The position numbers were made by a program, and so were the translations under genes. Shown here piece after piece: positions 1 to 9,919 of a DNA stretch of 64,000 bases (position 1 is its first letter; every line of letters starts with the position of its first letter). The notes beneath the pieces were generated by a model. The model did no database searches and was not told the origin of the DNA. It saw only the letters and a program-made list of their open reading frames with translations. The stretch is from Candidatus Woesearchaeota archaeon (GTDB lineage Archaea; Nanobdellota; Nanobdellia; Woesearchaeales; JAAOYA01). The stretch spans positions 259,244-323,243 of the forward strand of contig JAAOYA010000008.1 of the NCBI GenBank assembly GCA_018221105.1. The letters run 5' to 3'.

Positions 1-887
1 AACCTCAAAACAAAGAATTATTCTCAAATGTTCATTTGATAACTCCAAACTTAAAAGAAGCGCAAAAACTATCAGGTATTAGTGGAACAAGTCAAGAAAT
101 TGTAGAGCAAATAGGGAAAAAACTAGTCACTGAATTAAACACTAACGTGATTATCACACGCTCAAAAGATGGTATTAGCCTTTTTGAAAAAAATAGTGCT
201 CAACATCACATACCAACAAACGCTGTTGAAGTCTATGATGTTACAGGAGCAGGCGACACTGTAATCGGTGCAATAGGATTGAGCATTGCAAGTAATGCAA
301 GCCTGACGCAATCAGCTATAATAGCAAATCATGCTGCAGGCGTTGTTGTTGGAAAAGTTGGCACTGCCACAACAACTCAAAAAGAATTGATAAGTCAATT
401 TAATCAAGAAAATAAGAAAATAAAAGCTGTTAGTGAATTAAAAGAAATAGTTAGTGACTTGAAGCTAAAAAATAAAAAAATTGTTTTTACTAATGGATGC
501 TTTGACATACTACATACAGGACATATCAAATTATTGCGCGAAGCAAAAAAACAAGGTAATGTGTTAATTGTTGGCTTAAATACTGATGATTCAGTTAAAA
601 AGTTTAAGGGACCGAAAAGACCTCATAATAACCAGTTTGATAGGAGCGAGATTATCGCAACTCTAGAATTTGTTGATTACGTGACATTGTTCGATCAGGA
701 CACTCCATCAGAGCTTATTAAAGCTTTAAGGCCTGACATTCACGTAAAAGGAGGCGATTATGACCCTCAAGATTATGATGCAATGCCTGAAGCGAAAATA
801 GTTCATGATTACAAAGGAAAAATCCATATTGTACCATTAAAAGATAATAAATCAACAACCAATTTAATTGAAAAAATCAAAAAATAA
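1..887 (+). CDS. hldE: Bifunctional heptose 7-phosphate kinase / heptose 1-phosphate adenylyltransferase (5' partial)
   Basis: PfkB C-terminal motif DVTGAGDT and TPN..EA, followed by a cytidylyltransferase-like domain (FTNGCFDILHTGH, KGGDY, KSTT). The frame is open to the window start (PQNKELFSNVHLITP). Confidence 0.92.
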   Translation, partial: PQNKELFSNVHLITPNLKEAQKLSGISGTSQEIVEQIGKKLVTELNTNVIITRSKDGISLFEKNSAQHHIPTNAVEVYDVTGAGDTVIGAIGLSIASNASLTQSAIIANHAAGVVVGKVGTATTTQKELISQFNQENKKIKAVSELKEIVSDLKLKNKKIVFTNGCFDILHTGHIKLLREAKKQGNVLIVGLNTDDSVKKFKGPKRPHNNQFDRSEIIATLEFVDYVTLFDQDTPSELIKALRPDIHVKGGDYDPQDYDAMPEAKIVHDYKGKIHIVPLKDNKSTTNLIEKIKK

Positions 888-1903
888 TGAAAAAAATACT
901 TTTTTTTAGGCTTGGGGCTTTAGGTGACGTTTTAATGACCACTCCACTAGTTAAAGCAGTAAAAAAAAAGTATCCCAAAGTACAAATTGATTATTGGACT
1001 GCAACAAGTTTTGCAAGCGTTCTAAAAAACAACAAGTATATTGATAAAGTGAAAGTTTTTGATGAGAACCTTTTCTATAAAAAAAAACCGTTGGCAATGT
1101 TACAACTTGCAAAAAAATTACGCAGAGAAAAATATGATGTAGCATTTGTTCTTGACAAACACTGGATTTTTTCTTTAATGATAAAACTAACAGGCATCAA
1201 AAAAAGAATCGGCTTTAGTAGAACTAAAGAAGGATTGTTTAACACTCACAATGTTGGCTATAACCAAAAAAAACATGATATACTAACTTACTTGGAGCTT
1301 GCAAAATTTGTAGGAGTAAAAAACTCTGACGTGCAAATGGATTTAGCAATTTCAAAAAAAGCTTTAGGTTTTGCTAGTGCACAACTAAAAAAATACAAGT
1401 TAGTAAAACCTGTGTGCGTGATACCTGGAGGCGCTAAAAATCCTGGTCAAGAATTAAAAATTAAAAGAATGCCAAAAGAAAAGTTTTCTGAGCTAATTAA
1501 TGAGCTAACAAAAAAATATGATTTATTATTGCTTGGTGGTCCATCGGACGTTTCTATTAATAAAAGGGTCCTCTCAAGGGTTAGTCCTATAAAAAAAGTT
1601 GTTGATTTAGCAGGTAAGACAACAATAGAAGAAAGCGCTGCACTAATCAAAAATTGTAGGTTAGTAATTTGTAATGATTCTGGGCCAATGCACATGGCTT
1701 GCGCAGTTAATGATAAAGTATTGGCGATTTTTGGCCCAACAAACCCACTTGTTTTAAGACCATTAAACAAAGGCAGTGATTATTTTTGGGCTGCAAAAAA
1801 ACCAGTTTATGACATTTATGGAAAATTAAAAGAGAGTAAAAACTTATGGCAAAAAGTCAGTGTTGCACAAATACTTGCTAAAGTGCAAAAAATGTTACGA
1901 TGA
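887..1903 (+). CDS. Glycosyltransferase family 9 (heptosyltransferase-like)
   Basis: N-terminal RLGALGDVLMTTP and C-terminal CNDSGPMHMA..FGPT motifs. Confidence 0.92.
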   Translation: MKKILFFRLGALGDVLMTTPLVKAVKKKYPKVQIDYWTATSFASVLKNNKYIDKVKVFDENLFYKKKPLAMLQLAKKLRREKYDVAFVLDKHWIFSLMIKLTGIKKRIGFSRTKEGLFNTHNVGYNQKKHDILTYLELAKFVGVKNSDVQMDLAISKKALGFASAQLKKYKLVKPVCVIPGGAKNPGQELKIKRMPKEKFSELINELTKKYDLLLLGGPSDVSINKRVLSRVSPIKKVVDLAGKTTIEESAALIKNCRLVICNDSGPMHMACAVNDKVLAIFGPTNPLVLRPLNKGSDYFWAAKKPVYDIYGKLKESKNLWQKVSVAQILAKVQKMLR

Positions 1904-3030
1904 AAAAAGAATTAATTGGTTGGACCATTGCAAAACAACATTATCGTCTTAATAATCGTTTTGTTGTGCTAGCAGTATTCTTTATTGATTTTATTGGCAA
2001 ACTATTATTTTTTTATAAGAAAAAAAAAGTTTTTGATAAAAAACCAAAAAAAATTCTTGTGGTGACACTAAATCATATTGGTGATATGATACTAGCTTCT
2101 GCTTTTATTAACAATCTAAAAATTAATTATCCGAAAAGTCAAGTTAGTGTTCTTTGTAGAAGTTCAGTAAAGCCAATAGCACAATTAATACCAAAAGTTG
2201 ACAAAATCATTACCTTAAACACTCCGTGGTTTGCAAGAGGTGACAGCCAAGGATGGATTAAAACAATAAAATTTGCTCTAAAAAACAGAAAAAAGTATGA
2301 TTTATCGTATGATTTACACTCTGATCCTCGCAATATAATACTTAGCAGTATTCTTTCAAAGTATAGTGTTGGTTATGGTATTAGAGGTCTGGGCTTTTTA
2401 TTAAATAAAAAAGTAACTTGGAATCCACTATCTAAAAAACATATTGTAGAGCGACAACTAGACCTTGTAAAATACAGTGGTTTAAAAATTAAAAGTAACA
2501 AACTATCATTAAAAACTCCAAGCATGAAAAAAGTAATAGAGCTGCTTAAAAAACGAGGAATTAAAAAAACTGATAAGATTGCACTAGTACAATTTTCTAG
2601 CGGTGCAAAAGCAAAAGATTATCCTCTAGAGTTCTGGCAAGAAATCATTAAAGAATTAATCAAGAAAAAGTACAAAGTTGTAACTGCTGACTTAAACCAA
2701 AAACTAATAGCAAAACTTCAAAAACAAGTCAAATTAACTAGTATTCACACAACACTCACAGATTATGCTGCGCTTGTAAGCCTATCTAGTCTGGTGTTAA
2801 GCGTTGACACTTTTACAGTGCACTTTGCAGCAGCTTATAGTAAAAAAGTCATAGGATTATACGCTGGTACAAACTTAGTTTACGAGTGGGCGCCTTACAC
2901 TAACAAAAAAATTGTTTTTCAAGAGAAAAAATGCAAAATTTACCCTTGCGGACTGCAAAACTGCAAGTACAGCCATCCAAGTGACTGCACAAAAAAAATA
3001 AGTGCTAAGAGTTTATTAAAAAATATTTGA
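1900..3030 (+). CDS. Glycosyltransferase family 9
   Basis: NHIGDMIL, HIVE, SVDTFTVHFAAA and WAPY motifs; ATGA overlap with the upstream gene. Confidence 0.88.
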   Translation: MKKELIGWTIAKQHYRLNNRFVVLAVFFIDFIGKLLFFYKKKKVFDKKPKKILVVTLNHIGDMILASAFINNLKINYPKSQVSVLCRSSVKPIAQLIPKVDKIITLNTPWFARGDSQGWIKTIKFALKNRKKYDLSYDLHSDPRNIILSSILSKYSVGYGIRGLGFLLNKKVTWNPLSKKHIVERQLDLVKYSGLKIKSNKLSLKTPSMKKVIELLKKRGIKKTDKIALVQFSSGAKAKDYPLEFWQEIIKELIKKKYKVVTADLNQKLIAKLQKQVKLTSIHTTLTDYAALVSLSSLVLSVDTFTVHFAAAYSKKVIGLYAGTNLVYEWAPYTNKKIVFQEKKCKIYPCGLQNCKYSHPSDCTKKISAKSLLKNI

Positions 3031-3084
3031 TTGAGCAATCTTTATAAATAATTAACAAATCAACATCCAAAGAGGGGGGAAAAA

Positions 3085-4152
3085 TTGCTATCACGCTACA
3101 ATTGGGTTTTAAAAAACTTTTCAGTTAGAAGAATTTTTAATTTAGCACTAGTACAATTGTCAATGAAATTAAAGCTTTCTAGAACTTTAGGAAAACCTTA
3201 TAGTATAATGATTGAACCAACAAATTCTTGTAACTTAAACTGTCCACTTTGCCCTACGGGCAATAAGAGTGATACCAGAAAAAAAGGTTACATGACTTTT
3301 GAAACATACAAAAAAGTTATTGATGAGTTAGCCCCGTACTTATATGAAGTTGTGATGTGGAATTATGGGGAACCTTTTTTGAATCCTTTAACTTATGATT
3401 TTATTAGTTACGCAAAACAAAAAAGAATTCCAAAAGTTATAGCAAGTACAAACGCACACCTTTTCAAAGATGACAAGGCTATTAAAAAATTGATTAATTC
3501 CGGTCTTGATAGGCTTATAATATCGCTTGATGGAATGACTAAAGGCACTTATGAAAAGTATCGTCGAGGTGGCAATATTAAACAGGTTCTTGAAACTATA
3601 AAAAAAATTATGGCTACAAAAAAAGCTTTAAAAGTTAAAAATCCTTTTGTTGAATTGCAATTTATTGTGATGCGTCAAAACGAGCACGAATTGCCACTTA
3701 TTAAAAATTTTGCAAAAGAAGCAGGTGTTGACGCACTAAATTTGAAAAAAGTCAATATTTATATGGGAATAAAAAATCCTGCAAAAACTGATACTACTAA
3801 GTATTTGCCAAAAAATGATAATTTTATAAGAGAAAAAATTGATACTAAAAATTGTCCAATAATAAAACTTTCAACAGTTGTTAATTGGAATGGCGAAGTA
3901 GTGCCTTGTTGTATGGATTATTATTCTAGCTTTCCATTGGGTAACACTACTGGACAATCAATTAAAAAGATTTGGAATAACAAAAAATACGTTAATTTTA
4001 GAAGAGCTAACAAGACTGCTAACATTCCTATTTGCAAGCGTTGCAACACTTATGTTAAAGACATTAATGTAAAATTATCAAGTGAAACTCTAGAAAATAC
4101 AACTCTAAAACCTGAAATGCCTTTAGAAAATCATTCAAAGCACGTTAAATAA
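3085..4152 (+). CDS. Radical SAM protein with SPASM/twitch domain
   Basis: CNLNCPLC, GEP, ISLDG; C-terminal C..GEVVPCC..CKRC; TTG start preceded by GAGGGGG. Confidence 0.9.
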   Translation: MLSRYNWVLKNFSVRRIFNLALVQLSMKLKLSRTLGKPYSIMIEPTNSCNLNCPLCPTGNKSDTRKKGYMTFETYKKVIDELAPYLYEVVMWNYGEPFLNPLTYDFISYAKQKRIPKVIASTNAHLFKDDKAIKKLINSGLDRLIISLDGMTKGTYEKYRRGGNIKQVLETIKKIMATKKALKVKNPFVELQFIVMRQNEHELPLIKNFAKEAGVDALNLKKVNIYMGIKNPAKTDTTKYLPKNDNFIREKIDTKNCPIIKLSTVVNWNGEVVPCCMDYYSSFPLGNTTGQSIKKIWNNKKYVNFRRANKTANIPICKRCNTYVKDINVKLSSETLENTTLKPEMPLENHSKHVK

Positions 4153-4156
4153 GACA

Positions 4157-5248
4157 ATGAATATAGCTATAGCGCACCCATACTTTATATCAAGAGGTGG
4201 TGCTGAAAGGAAAGTTCTTCTGATAGCGAACCATCTTAAAAAAATAGGTTATTCTGTTAAAATTTTTACCCATGTTTACTTTCCAAAAAAGAGTTTTCCA
4301 GAATACACTAAAAATATTGATTTTTTAGTTGTGCCTTATTCTAGAAGTATTTTCGGAAGATTTTTTTCAGTAATAAAACTAGCACGACAATTAAAAAGTT
4401 ATGATGTTGTACATTCTAATAATATTCCGTCATACTTTGAAGCGGGCATTGCCAAGTTGTTATATAAAAATAAAACAATTTGGTTTTGTAATGATTATCC
4501 AATGCATTATACAAAACAAAAAAAGACTGTTGGACTAGTAGTTAAGCGATTGCTTGAAAAAATTATTTTAAAAAGAATCGATGTTATAGTTACTAATAGT
4601 AAATTCACGCAAAAAGCTGTCAAAAAGCATTTAGGTCGTGATTCTCAAATTATTTATTCAGGAGTTGACACTGAACTATTCAAACAATCAAAAAAGAAAA
4701 AAAGTGATAGTGTCATTGAATTGTTCACTAGTGGACGTTTAGAAGAATACAAAAATTTTTCTTATTTGATAAAACTAGTAAGCGAATTGTCCAAAGATTA
4801 CAATGTTAGGTTGCGCGTTGCTGGTGATGGACCATTAAAATCAAAGCTTAAAAGACAAGCTGGCAAGTTGCTTAACAAAAAAATCTTTTTTTTAGGCAAT
4901 ACCTCGCAACAACAAATAATTAAGTTGTACCAACAAAGTGATATTTTCTTGTTTTCAAGCATTAACGAACCATTAGGTGTTACTTTACTAGAAGCTATGG
5001 CTACTCAATTGCCTGTTGTTGCTTTTAATTGTGGTGGTCCAAAAGAGACAATTAAGCATGGTGTTACGGGATATTTGGCAAAAAACGAGATTGAATATGA
5101 AAACTATGTTAGGAAGCTACTTGATAGTTCTTCTTTACGTAAAAAAATGGGTTTGGCAGGTCGTAAAAGAGTCATAGAATTTTTTTCCGTTGAGCAAATG
5201 ATTAGTAAAACACAACAATTATATGAAAAAGTGGTTAGAAAAGCATAA
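4157..5248 (+). CDS. Glycosyltransferase family 4
   Basis: GGAER, SGVD, GRL..YK and EPLGVTLLEAMA motifs. Confidence 0.93.
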   Translation: MNIAIAHPYFISRGGAERKVLLIANHLKKIGYSVKIFTHVYFPKKSFPEYTKNIDFLVVPYSRSIFGRFFSVIKLARQLKSYDVVHSNNIPSYFEAGIAKLLYKNKTIWFCNDYPMHYTKQKKTVGLVVKRLLEKIILKRIDVIVTNSKFTQKAVKKHLGRDSQIIYSGVDTELFKQSKKKKSDSVIELFTSGRLEEYKNFSYLIKLVSELSKDYNVRLRVAGDGPLKSKLKRQAGKLLNKKIFFLGNTSQQQIIKLYQQSDIFLFSSINEPLGVTLLEAMATQLPVVAFNCGGPKETIKHGVTGYLAKNEIEYENYVRKLLDSSSLRKKMGLAGRKRVIEFFSVEQMISKTQQLYEKVVRKA

Positions 5249-5280
5249 TTTTAAAAAAAAAGCACGTATTTTTTAATAAC

Positions 5281-6369
5281 ATGTTGGGCGTTAACGAGTT
5301 AACAAAACAGTTCATAAAAGATTATTCTAAAGAATCTGACAAGCTAGCGGATAGTTTTAGAAATAAGCCACGAATAGAAATCCCTTCAGCTTTTAGTGTT
5401 GCTTATTTAGCACAAAAAAAGACATTAGACGCTAGAAAACTATTAGATTTGCTATTAAAACACCAATATGTTGATGGTTACTGGTTAGAATATAGTTATG
5501 AGGCGCTAGAAGAGCCAGTAGGTTATTATGGCGCTATTCCAACAAGTTTTTGCATACTAGCTTTGTTGAAAGGCTATCAATCATTTAATGATAAAAAGTA
5601 CTTGTACGCTGCCATAAAAGCTTGCGATTATCTTTACTCAAAAGAGAAAAAAGGCTATTTTTTTAAAGCAACTAATAACAAATCAGATGTTATTAACACT
5701 AATCTACTAGCTGGACTGGCACTGCTTGAAACCTCTAAATTAATGAATCAGGCCTCTAGAAGAAAAGAAATCTATAAAGCAGCGTGTGCTCGTGCAATAA
5801 GAAGAGCGTTAAACTCGCAAAAATGCAACGGTGCTTACCCTTACACTAGTTATGGCTTGACGGTGCCGTTTTTGTATCATTCAATGACACTAGCACTGCT
5901 TATTAACTTAAGCAATACTTTTAATGACCGATTATTAGATTATTCAATAAAAAAAGGTTTACGGTTCTTGAAAAAAATAATCAAAAAGGACGGTAGTATT
6001 GACTGGCAAAAAGAAAAATTTCAAGACAAAAGCGGCGCTGTATGGACTTACGCTTTCAATTACAATATTTTTTCAAGTTTAGGACAAAAAGAATTAGTAA
6101 ATAAGACACTAAAACAATTAAATCGTTTGAAAGGAAAAAAGTATCTTGTTGAAGGAGATTTTACTAAACAAGAAGACAAGTTTTATACTGCTTGGAGCTT
6201 ATTAGCAATAAGTTTAGCAAAAAATAAAAAACTAAATAAAGGAGGATTTACTCGTTACTATCTTTTAAAAATTTTTAAAATCCCCAAAAATACTTTACTA
6301 ATAACAAAATATTTTGCTCGACAACTTTTATCTTTTGGACTTGACAAAGGACCAATAGAATATTGGTAA
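5281..6369 (+). CDS. Putative alpha/alpha-toroid protein (prenyltransferase/squalene-cyclase or six-hairpin glycosidase-like)
   Basis: Helical repeats ending in QW-like turns (HQYVDGYW, SQKCNGAY, KKDGSIDW); YLYAAIKACDYL. Confidence 0.5.
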   Translation: MLGVNELTKQFIKDYSKESDKLADSFRNKPRIEIPSAFSVAYLAQKKTLDARKLLDLLLKHQYVDGYWLEYSYEALEEPVGYYGAIPTSFCILALLKGYQSFNDKKYLYAAIKACDYLYSKEKKGYFFKATNNKSDVINTNLLAGLALLETSKLMNQASRRKEIYKAACARAIRRALNSQKCNGAYPYTSYGLTVPFLYHSMTLALLINLSNTFNDRLLDYSIKKGLRFLKKIIKKDGSIDWQKEKFQDKSGAVWTYAFNYNIFSSLGQKELVNKTLKQLNRLKGKKYLVEGDFTKQEDKFYTAWSLLAISLAKNKKLNKGGFTRYYLLKIFKIPKNTLLITKYFARQLLSFGLDKGPIEYW

Positions 6370-6370
6370 A

Positions 6371-6940
6371 ATGAAAAACTTTAAACTAAAAAAAATGGAT
6401 GGCTTCAATGATGCAACACTTAAAAGACTAAGGTTTTTTAAAAAATATGCAAAAGGTACGAACAATTTATTAGAGTTAACAGTACAAAATACACATTTTC
6501 CGATGTATTATGATAATGTGAAAGAAATAACAGTATTAGACATAGATAAAAAATACTTAAGAAAAGCAAAAAATGATTACGCAAAAAAAGTTGTACAACA
6601 CGACTTAGAAAAACCATTGCCGTTTAAAAACAATACTTTTGATAGAGTGATGGCAGGGGAAATAATAGAACACTTAAAAGAGACAGACCAGTTGATTAAA
6701 GAATGTAAAAGAGTGCTAAAAAGTAATGGATTATTGGTGGGTAGCACACCAAACGCAAGTAATATTCGACAAAGAATACAATATTTATTTGGAAAAGTTC
6801 CGGACGTAGAGCATCCGCATATAAGGTTTTATAATAAAAAAGCATTAAAAAAACAATTAACAAAACATTTTGATAAAGTATCAATAAAATATTTAGGGGT
6901 ACTAAGAGGGAAACTATTGTTTAAATGTGAGAAAATATGA
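6371..6940 (+). CDS. Class I SAM methyltransferase fold with degenerate motif I
   Basis: VLDID, DLEKPLPFKNNTFD..GEIIEHL, RVLKSNG..STPN; the GxG loop is replaced by LELTVQ. Confidence 0.8.
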   Translation: MKNFKLKKMDGFNDATLKRLRFFKKYAKGTNNLLELTVQNTHFPMYYDNVKEITVLDIDKKYLRKAKNDYAKKVVQHDLEKPLPFKNNTFDRVMAGEIIEHLKETDQLIKECKRVLKSNGLLVGSTPNASNIRQRIQYLFGKVPDVEHPHIRFYNKKALKKQLTKHFDKVSIKYLGVLRGKLLFKCEKI

Positions 6941-7599
6941 GCACAACAAACTCTATACAAAAATTTTATGAACATCATTATGGAAAATTAGGATTTGATT
7001 CTGCAGATAAATTTCGCTTAAATTTAATGATACAATATGTAGGTGCTGATAAAACACAAAATAAGAAAGTTTTGGATATTGGTTGTTCTAAAGGAATGTT
7101 ATTAGAAATGTTGAAAACAAAAGGAAACCATATCGGCTTTGGGATTGACATAAGTCCAACACAAGTTAAAATAGTCAAAAAAAAAGGTTTTAATACCGAA
7201 TGTTTAGACTTAAACAAAGACAAGTTACCCTATCAAAATAATTATTTTGATTATATTTTTGCTACAGAACTATTAGAACACTTATTTAATCCTATGATGT
7301 TGTTTAAAGAAATAAAGAGAGTATTAAAACCACAAGGACTTTTTCTGATAACCGCGCCAAATGACCTTGGAAGAATTAATAAAAGATTAAAAATACTTTT
7401 TGGAAATCCAGTATTATGCAATATTAACTCAGGACACATAAGATTTTTTACATATAACTATTTTAAACAAATTTTAGAAGAAAATTTTAAAGTAATCAAA
7501 TCCAGAGGCTTTGGAGGTCACTTAGACATTATTCAAAGATTATGGCCTTCAATGCTAGCAAACGGTTTTGTAGCAGTATGTAATAAAAAAAATTCTTAG
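6937..7599 (+). CDS. Class I SAM-dependent methyltransferase
   Basis: VLDIGCSKG, GIDIS, FD..ELLEH and RVLKPQG motifs. Confidence 0.92.
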   Translation: MSTTNSIQKFYEHHYGKLGFDSADKFRLNLMIQYVGADKTQNKKVLDIGCSKGMLLEMLKTKGNHIGFGIDISPTQVKIVKKKGFNTECLDLNKDKLPYQNNYFDYIFATELLEHLFNPMMLFKEIKRVLKPQGLFLITAPNDLGRINKRLKILFGNPVLCNINSGHIRFFTYNYFKQILEENFKVIKSRGFGGHLDIIQRLWPSMLANGFVAVCNKKNS

Positions 7600-7630
7600 A
7601 TAACATATAATAAAACATCATTATACTATA

Positions 7631-8764
7631 TCATTTTTGTAAATAATTATAAATTTCTTGTGCCATAATAACATGACCTTTTTCGTTAAGGTGAGAATCC
7701 ACATTAAATGTTAAGCTTTCATTATTTTCTTGATAAAATTTATTTGTTGCGTAACGAGTATCGAAATAAGCAATATCATTTTTTATCAAGAAAAACTTTA
7801 ATTTGTTAAAAGTTTTGTCAAAATCCGGATTTGAGGAAAGCTTTTCTCTTAACTGTTTAGAATACTGTGTGATACCTAATTGAACTTCTTGTTCTGTAAC
7901 ATCAAATAAAACAATTAAAAAAGTAACGTTTTTTTGATTCAGTTCATTGTCCATCAATTTTAGAATTTGATAAGTTATATTTTCAGCGTCAATAAATTCT
8001 TTTTTTGGATTTTTTTGATAGAACAAATAATTGCTAGAGCTATTATATAAAAATCCGGATTTTAATAACGTATTCTTAAAAACATCAATTTTTTTTATTC
8101 TTATTCCGACAAACTTGTAAGTGTAAAAATTATTTCGTAAAATCTCTTTGATTTTTTCTACTATTACTTTTTTTGTGCTTCTTTTGCTATTGTTTATTAT
8201 TGAAAGATTTTTGTCAAAGTATAATTTATTATGATTTGAAAGTTTCAGGCTATTATCTTGAAAGTCATTGGGATGAAACAATAGTATTACCAAATCAGGC
8301 TTTAATTCTAGCCCTTTTTTTCGTAGTGTGAAGTATTCTTGGTCAGTACTATAACCTTGAACTCCCAAATTATATATTTTATAGTTTATATCTTCTGTGT
8401 TATTATTTAATTTTTCTTCTAGTATTGAATCAAAACGCTTTTCTATTGGAACTTCAAAAGAAGCAGTTTGAGAATCGCCAAGTAGTATTATACGATACTC
8501 ATTTTCAGATTTTTGAGTGTTGAACTCTTCATCTCTAAAACCAAAAGAATTTATTTGTATGATTGTTTTATAGTCACGAGCATCATTTATGTAGAGTCCT
8601 TCTTTGTTTGGAGGATAATCCCAGCCAACAACAGGGTTAAATCTATAAAAAATATCTCCTTGAGGATAAAATAATCGTAAGCTTATTTCAAAAATAGCAA
8701 ATAATAGTACTGTCACAAATATTAAAAGCGAAATATTGATGATTATTGTTTTAGCTTTAATCAT
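7631..8764 (-). CDS. Membrane-anchored SGNH/GDSL hydrolase or acyltransferase (SxtL/AlgX-like)
   Basis: N-terminal TM helix, INSFGFRD, LGDS, NLGVQGY, PNDF, DSHLNEKGH. Confidence 0.88.
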   Translation of the reverse strand: MIKAKTIIINISLLIFVTVLLFAIFEISLRLFYPQGDIFYRFNPVVGWDYPPNKEGLYINDARDYKTIIQINSFGFRDEEFNTQKSENEYRIILLGDSQTASFEVPIEKRFDSILEEKLNNNTEDINYKIYNLGVQGYSTDQEYFTLRKKGLELKPDLVILLFHPNDFQDNSLKLSNHNKLYFDKNLSIINNSKRSTKKVIVEKIKEILRNNFYTYKFVGIRIKKIDVFKNTLLKSGFLYNSSSNYLFYQKNPKKEFIDAENITYQILKLMDNELNQKNVTFLIVLFDVTEQEVQLGITQYSKQLREKLSSNPDFDKTFNKLKFFLIKNDIAYFDTRYATNKFYQENNESLTFNVDSHLNEKGHVIMAQEIYNYLQK

Positions 8765-8788
8765 TTTCTAATAGCTTTTTTTATTTTA

Positions 8789-9919
8789 TTAGTTTATTGC
8801 GTATTCTTCTCGTAATTTTTGATAAATTAATTGTGCAATTTTGTTATAACCTTGAGGGTTTGTGTGCTCGTCAATAACATAATAATATTCTTGTGAAGTG
8901 TTGTAAATGTCATCTAAAACGTCAACATATGAAAAATTATTATTTTCAAAGTGTTCTCCAAGTAAAGTGTTTGGTTTGAATGGGGAATAATCATCTGGTA
9001 ATTTATAGCCTTCTTTGAATTCTTGCCAGCTTGTTGGATATACTTGAAATTTTGTTGGTATTAGAACTATTAATAATTTTATGTTGTTTTGTTCACTTAA
9101 TGTTTTAAAATCTTCTAGAATGTCATAAATTATTTCAAAATTTTCTTGTACTTGTTGATCGGACTCTTCTTGAAATATTCTCATGTAATATGGTATTGGT
9201 TCTTGGCTTGTAAAACCTGTTTTTTTTGCTATGCTTCGCAAAGTGTTGCTTCTAGCAGCTTTTGTTTTAAAAACAAAAAAGAGTCTACTTTTTGTTGACA
9301 GAAAACTTTCAAGTTTTTGAAATAAGTATTTTGGTTGGCCAGTATTTTTTAATAGTCTACCATCTTTTATGATTAAAGGACAAATATTGTCTTCGTATAA
9401 TAATTTGTTTTGATTATCAAAATCGTTCCAAGTATAAATTGTTACTATTGCTATTTGTGGATTAAATGTTTTTATTGACCAATTAAAAACTCTTAAGTAA
9501 TGTGCTGGAAAACCTCCCATGCCACCAAGGTTTAGTACTTGATATCTTTGATCTCTTATTAGATCATTTAACAAATAAGATATTGTTTGTGAGTCATTAG
9601 CTCCTGCTCCAACAGCAAAAGAGTCTCCTATTAAAACAATGTTTCTTTTGTTTTCTTTTACTTCTTCACCTCTTAAGCCATATGAGTTAATGTTTACTGT
9701 ATAAGAGTATTCTGGCGTTTGAGAAAATATTTTTGTGTTAGGTGCCTTTTTTACACATAAGTATGGATCTGACAAAAGATTTTCTGTTTTTGTTTGCGAT
9801 AATGGATAAGTTATTCTAAAAAATGCTTCTAGCACTAAAAAACAAAATATTAAAACTATAAATAGTAATGAAAAATTTATTAATAGTTCTTTTGTTCTTT
9901 TGTTTTTAGTCTTTGGCAT
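8789..9919 (-). CDS. Membrane-anchored SGNH/GDSL hydrolase
   Basis: TM helix, INSYGLR, IGDSF, NLG, WNDF, DEHTNPQG; ATG at 9919 preferred over GTG at 9928. Confidence 0.87.
   Translation of the reverse strand: MPKTKNKRTKELLINFSLLFIVLIFCFLVLEAFFRITYPLSQTKTENLLSDPYLCVKKAPNTKIFSQTPEYSYTVNINSYGLRGEEVKENKRNIVLIGDSFAVGAGANDSQTISYLLNDLIRDQRYQVLNLGGMGGFPAHYLRVFNWSIKTFNPQIAIVTIYTWNDFDNQNKLLYEDNICPLIIKDGRLLKNTGQPKYLFQKLESFLSTKSRLFFVFKTKAARSNTLRSIAKKTGFTSQEPIPYYMRIFQEESDQQVQENFEIIYDILEDFKTLSEQNNIKLLIVLIPTKFQVYPTSWQEFKEGYKLPDDYSPFKPNTLLGEHFENNNFSYVDVLDDIYNTSQEYYYVIDEHTNPQGYNKIAQLIYQKLREEYAIN

Noticed and set aside
961-2028. A9 homopolymers in GT9 genes as phase-variation switches
   Set aside because: Such runs are common throughout this AT- and Lys-rich sequence and all frames are intact; read-level length variation would be needed.
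1-3030. True LPS biosynthesis or bacterial origin of the window
   Set aside because: No lipid A or Kdo genes are visible, and the linked core genes and promoters are archaeal.
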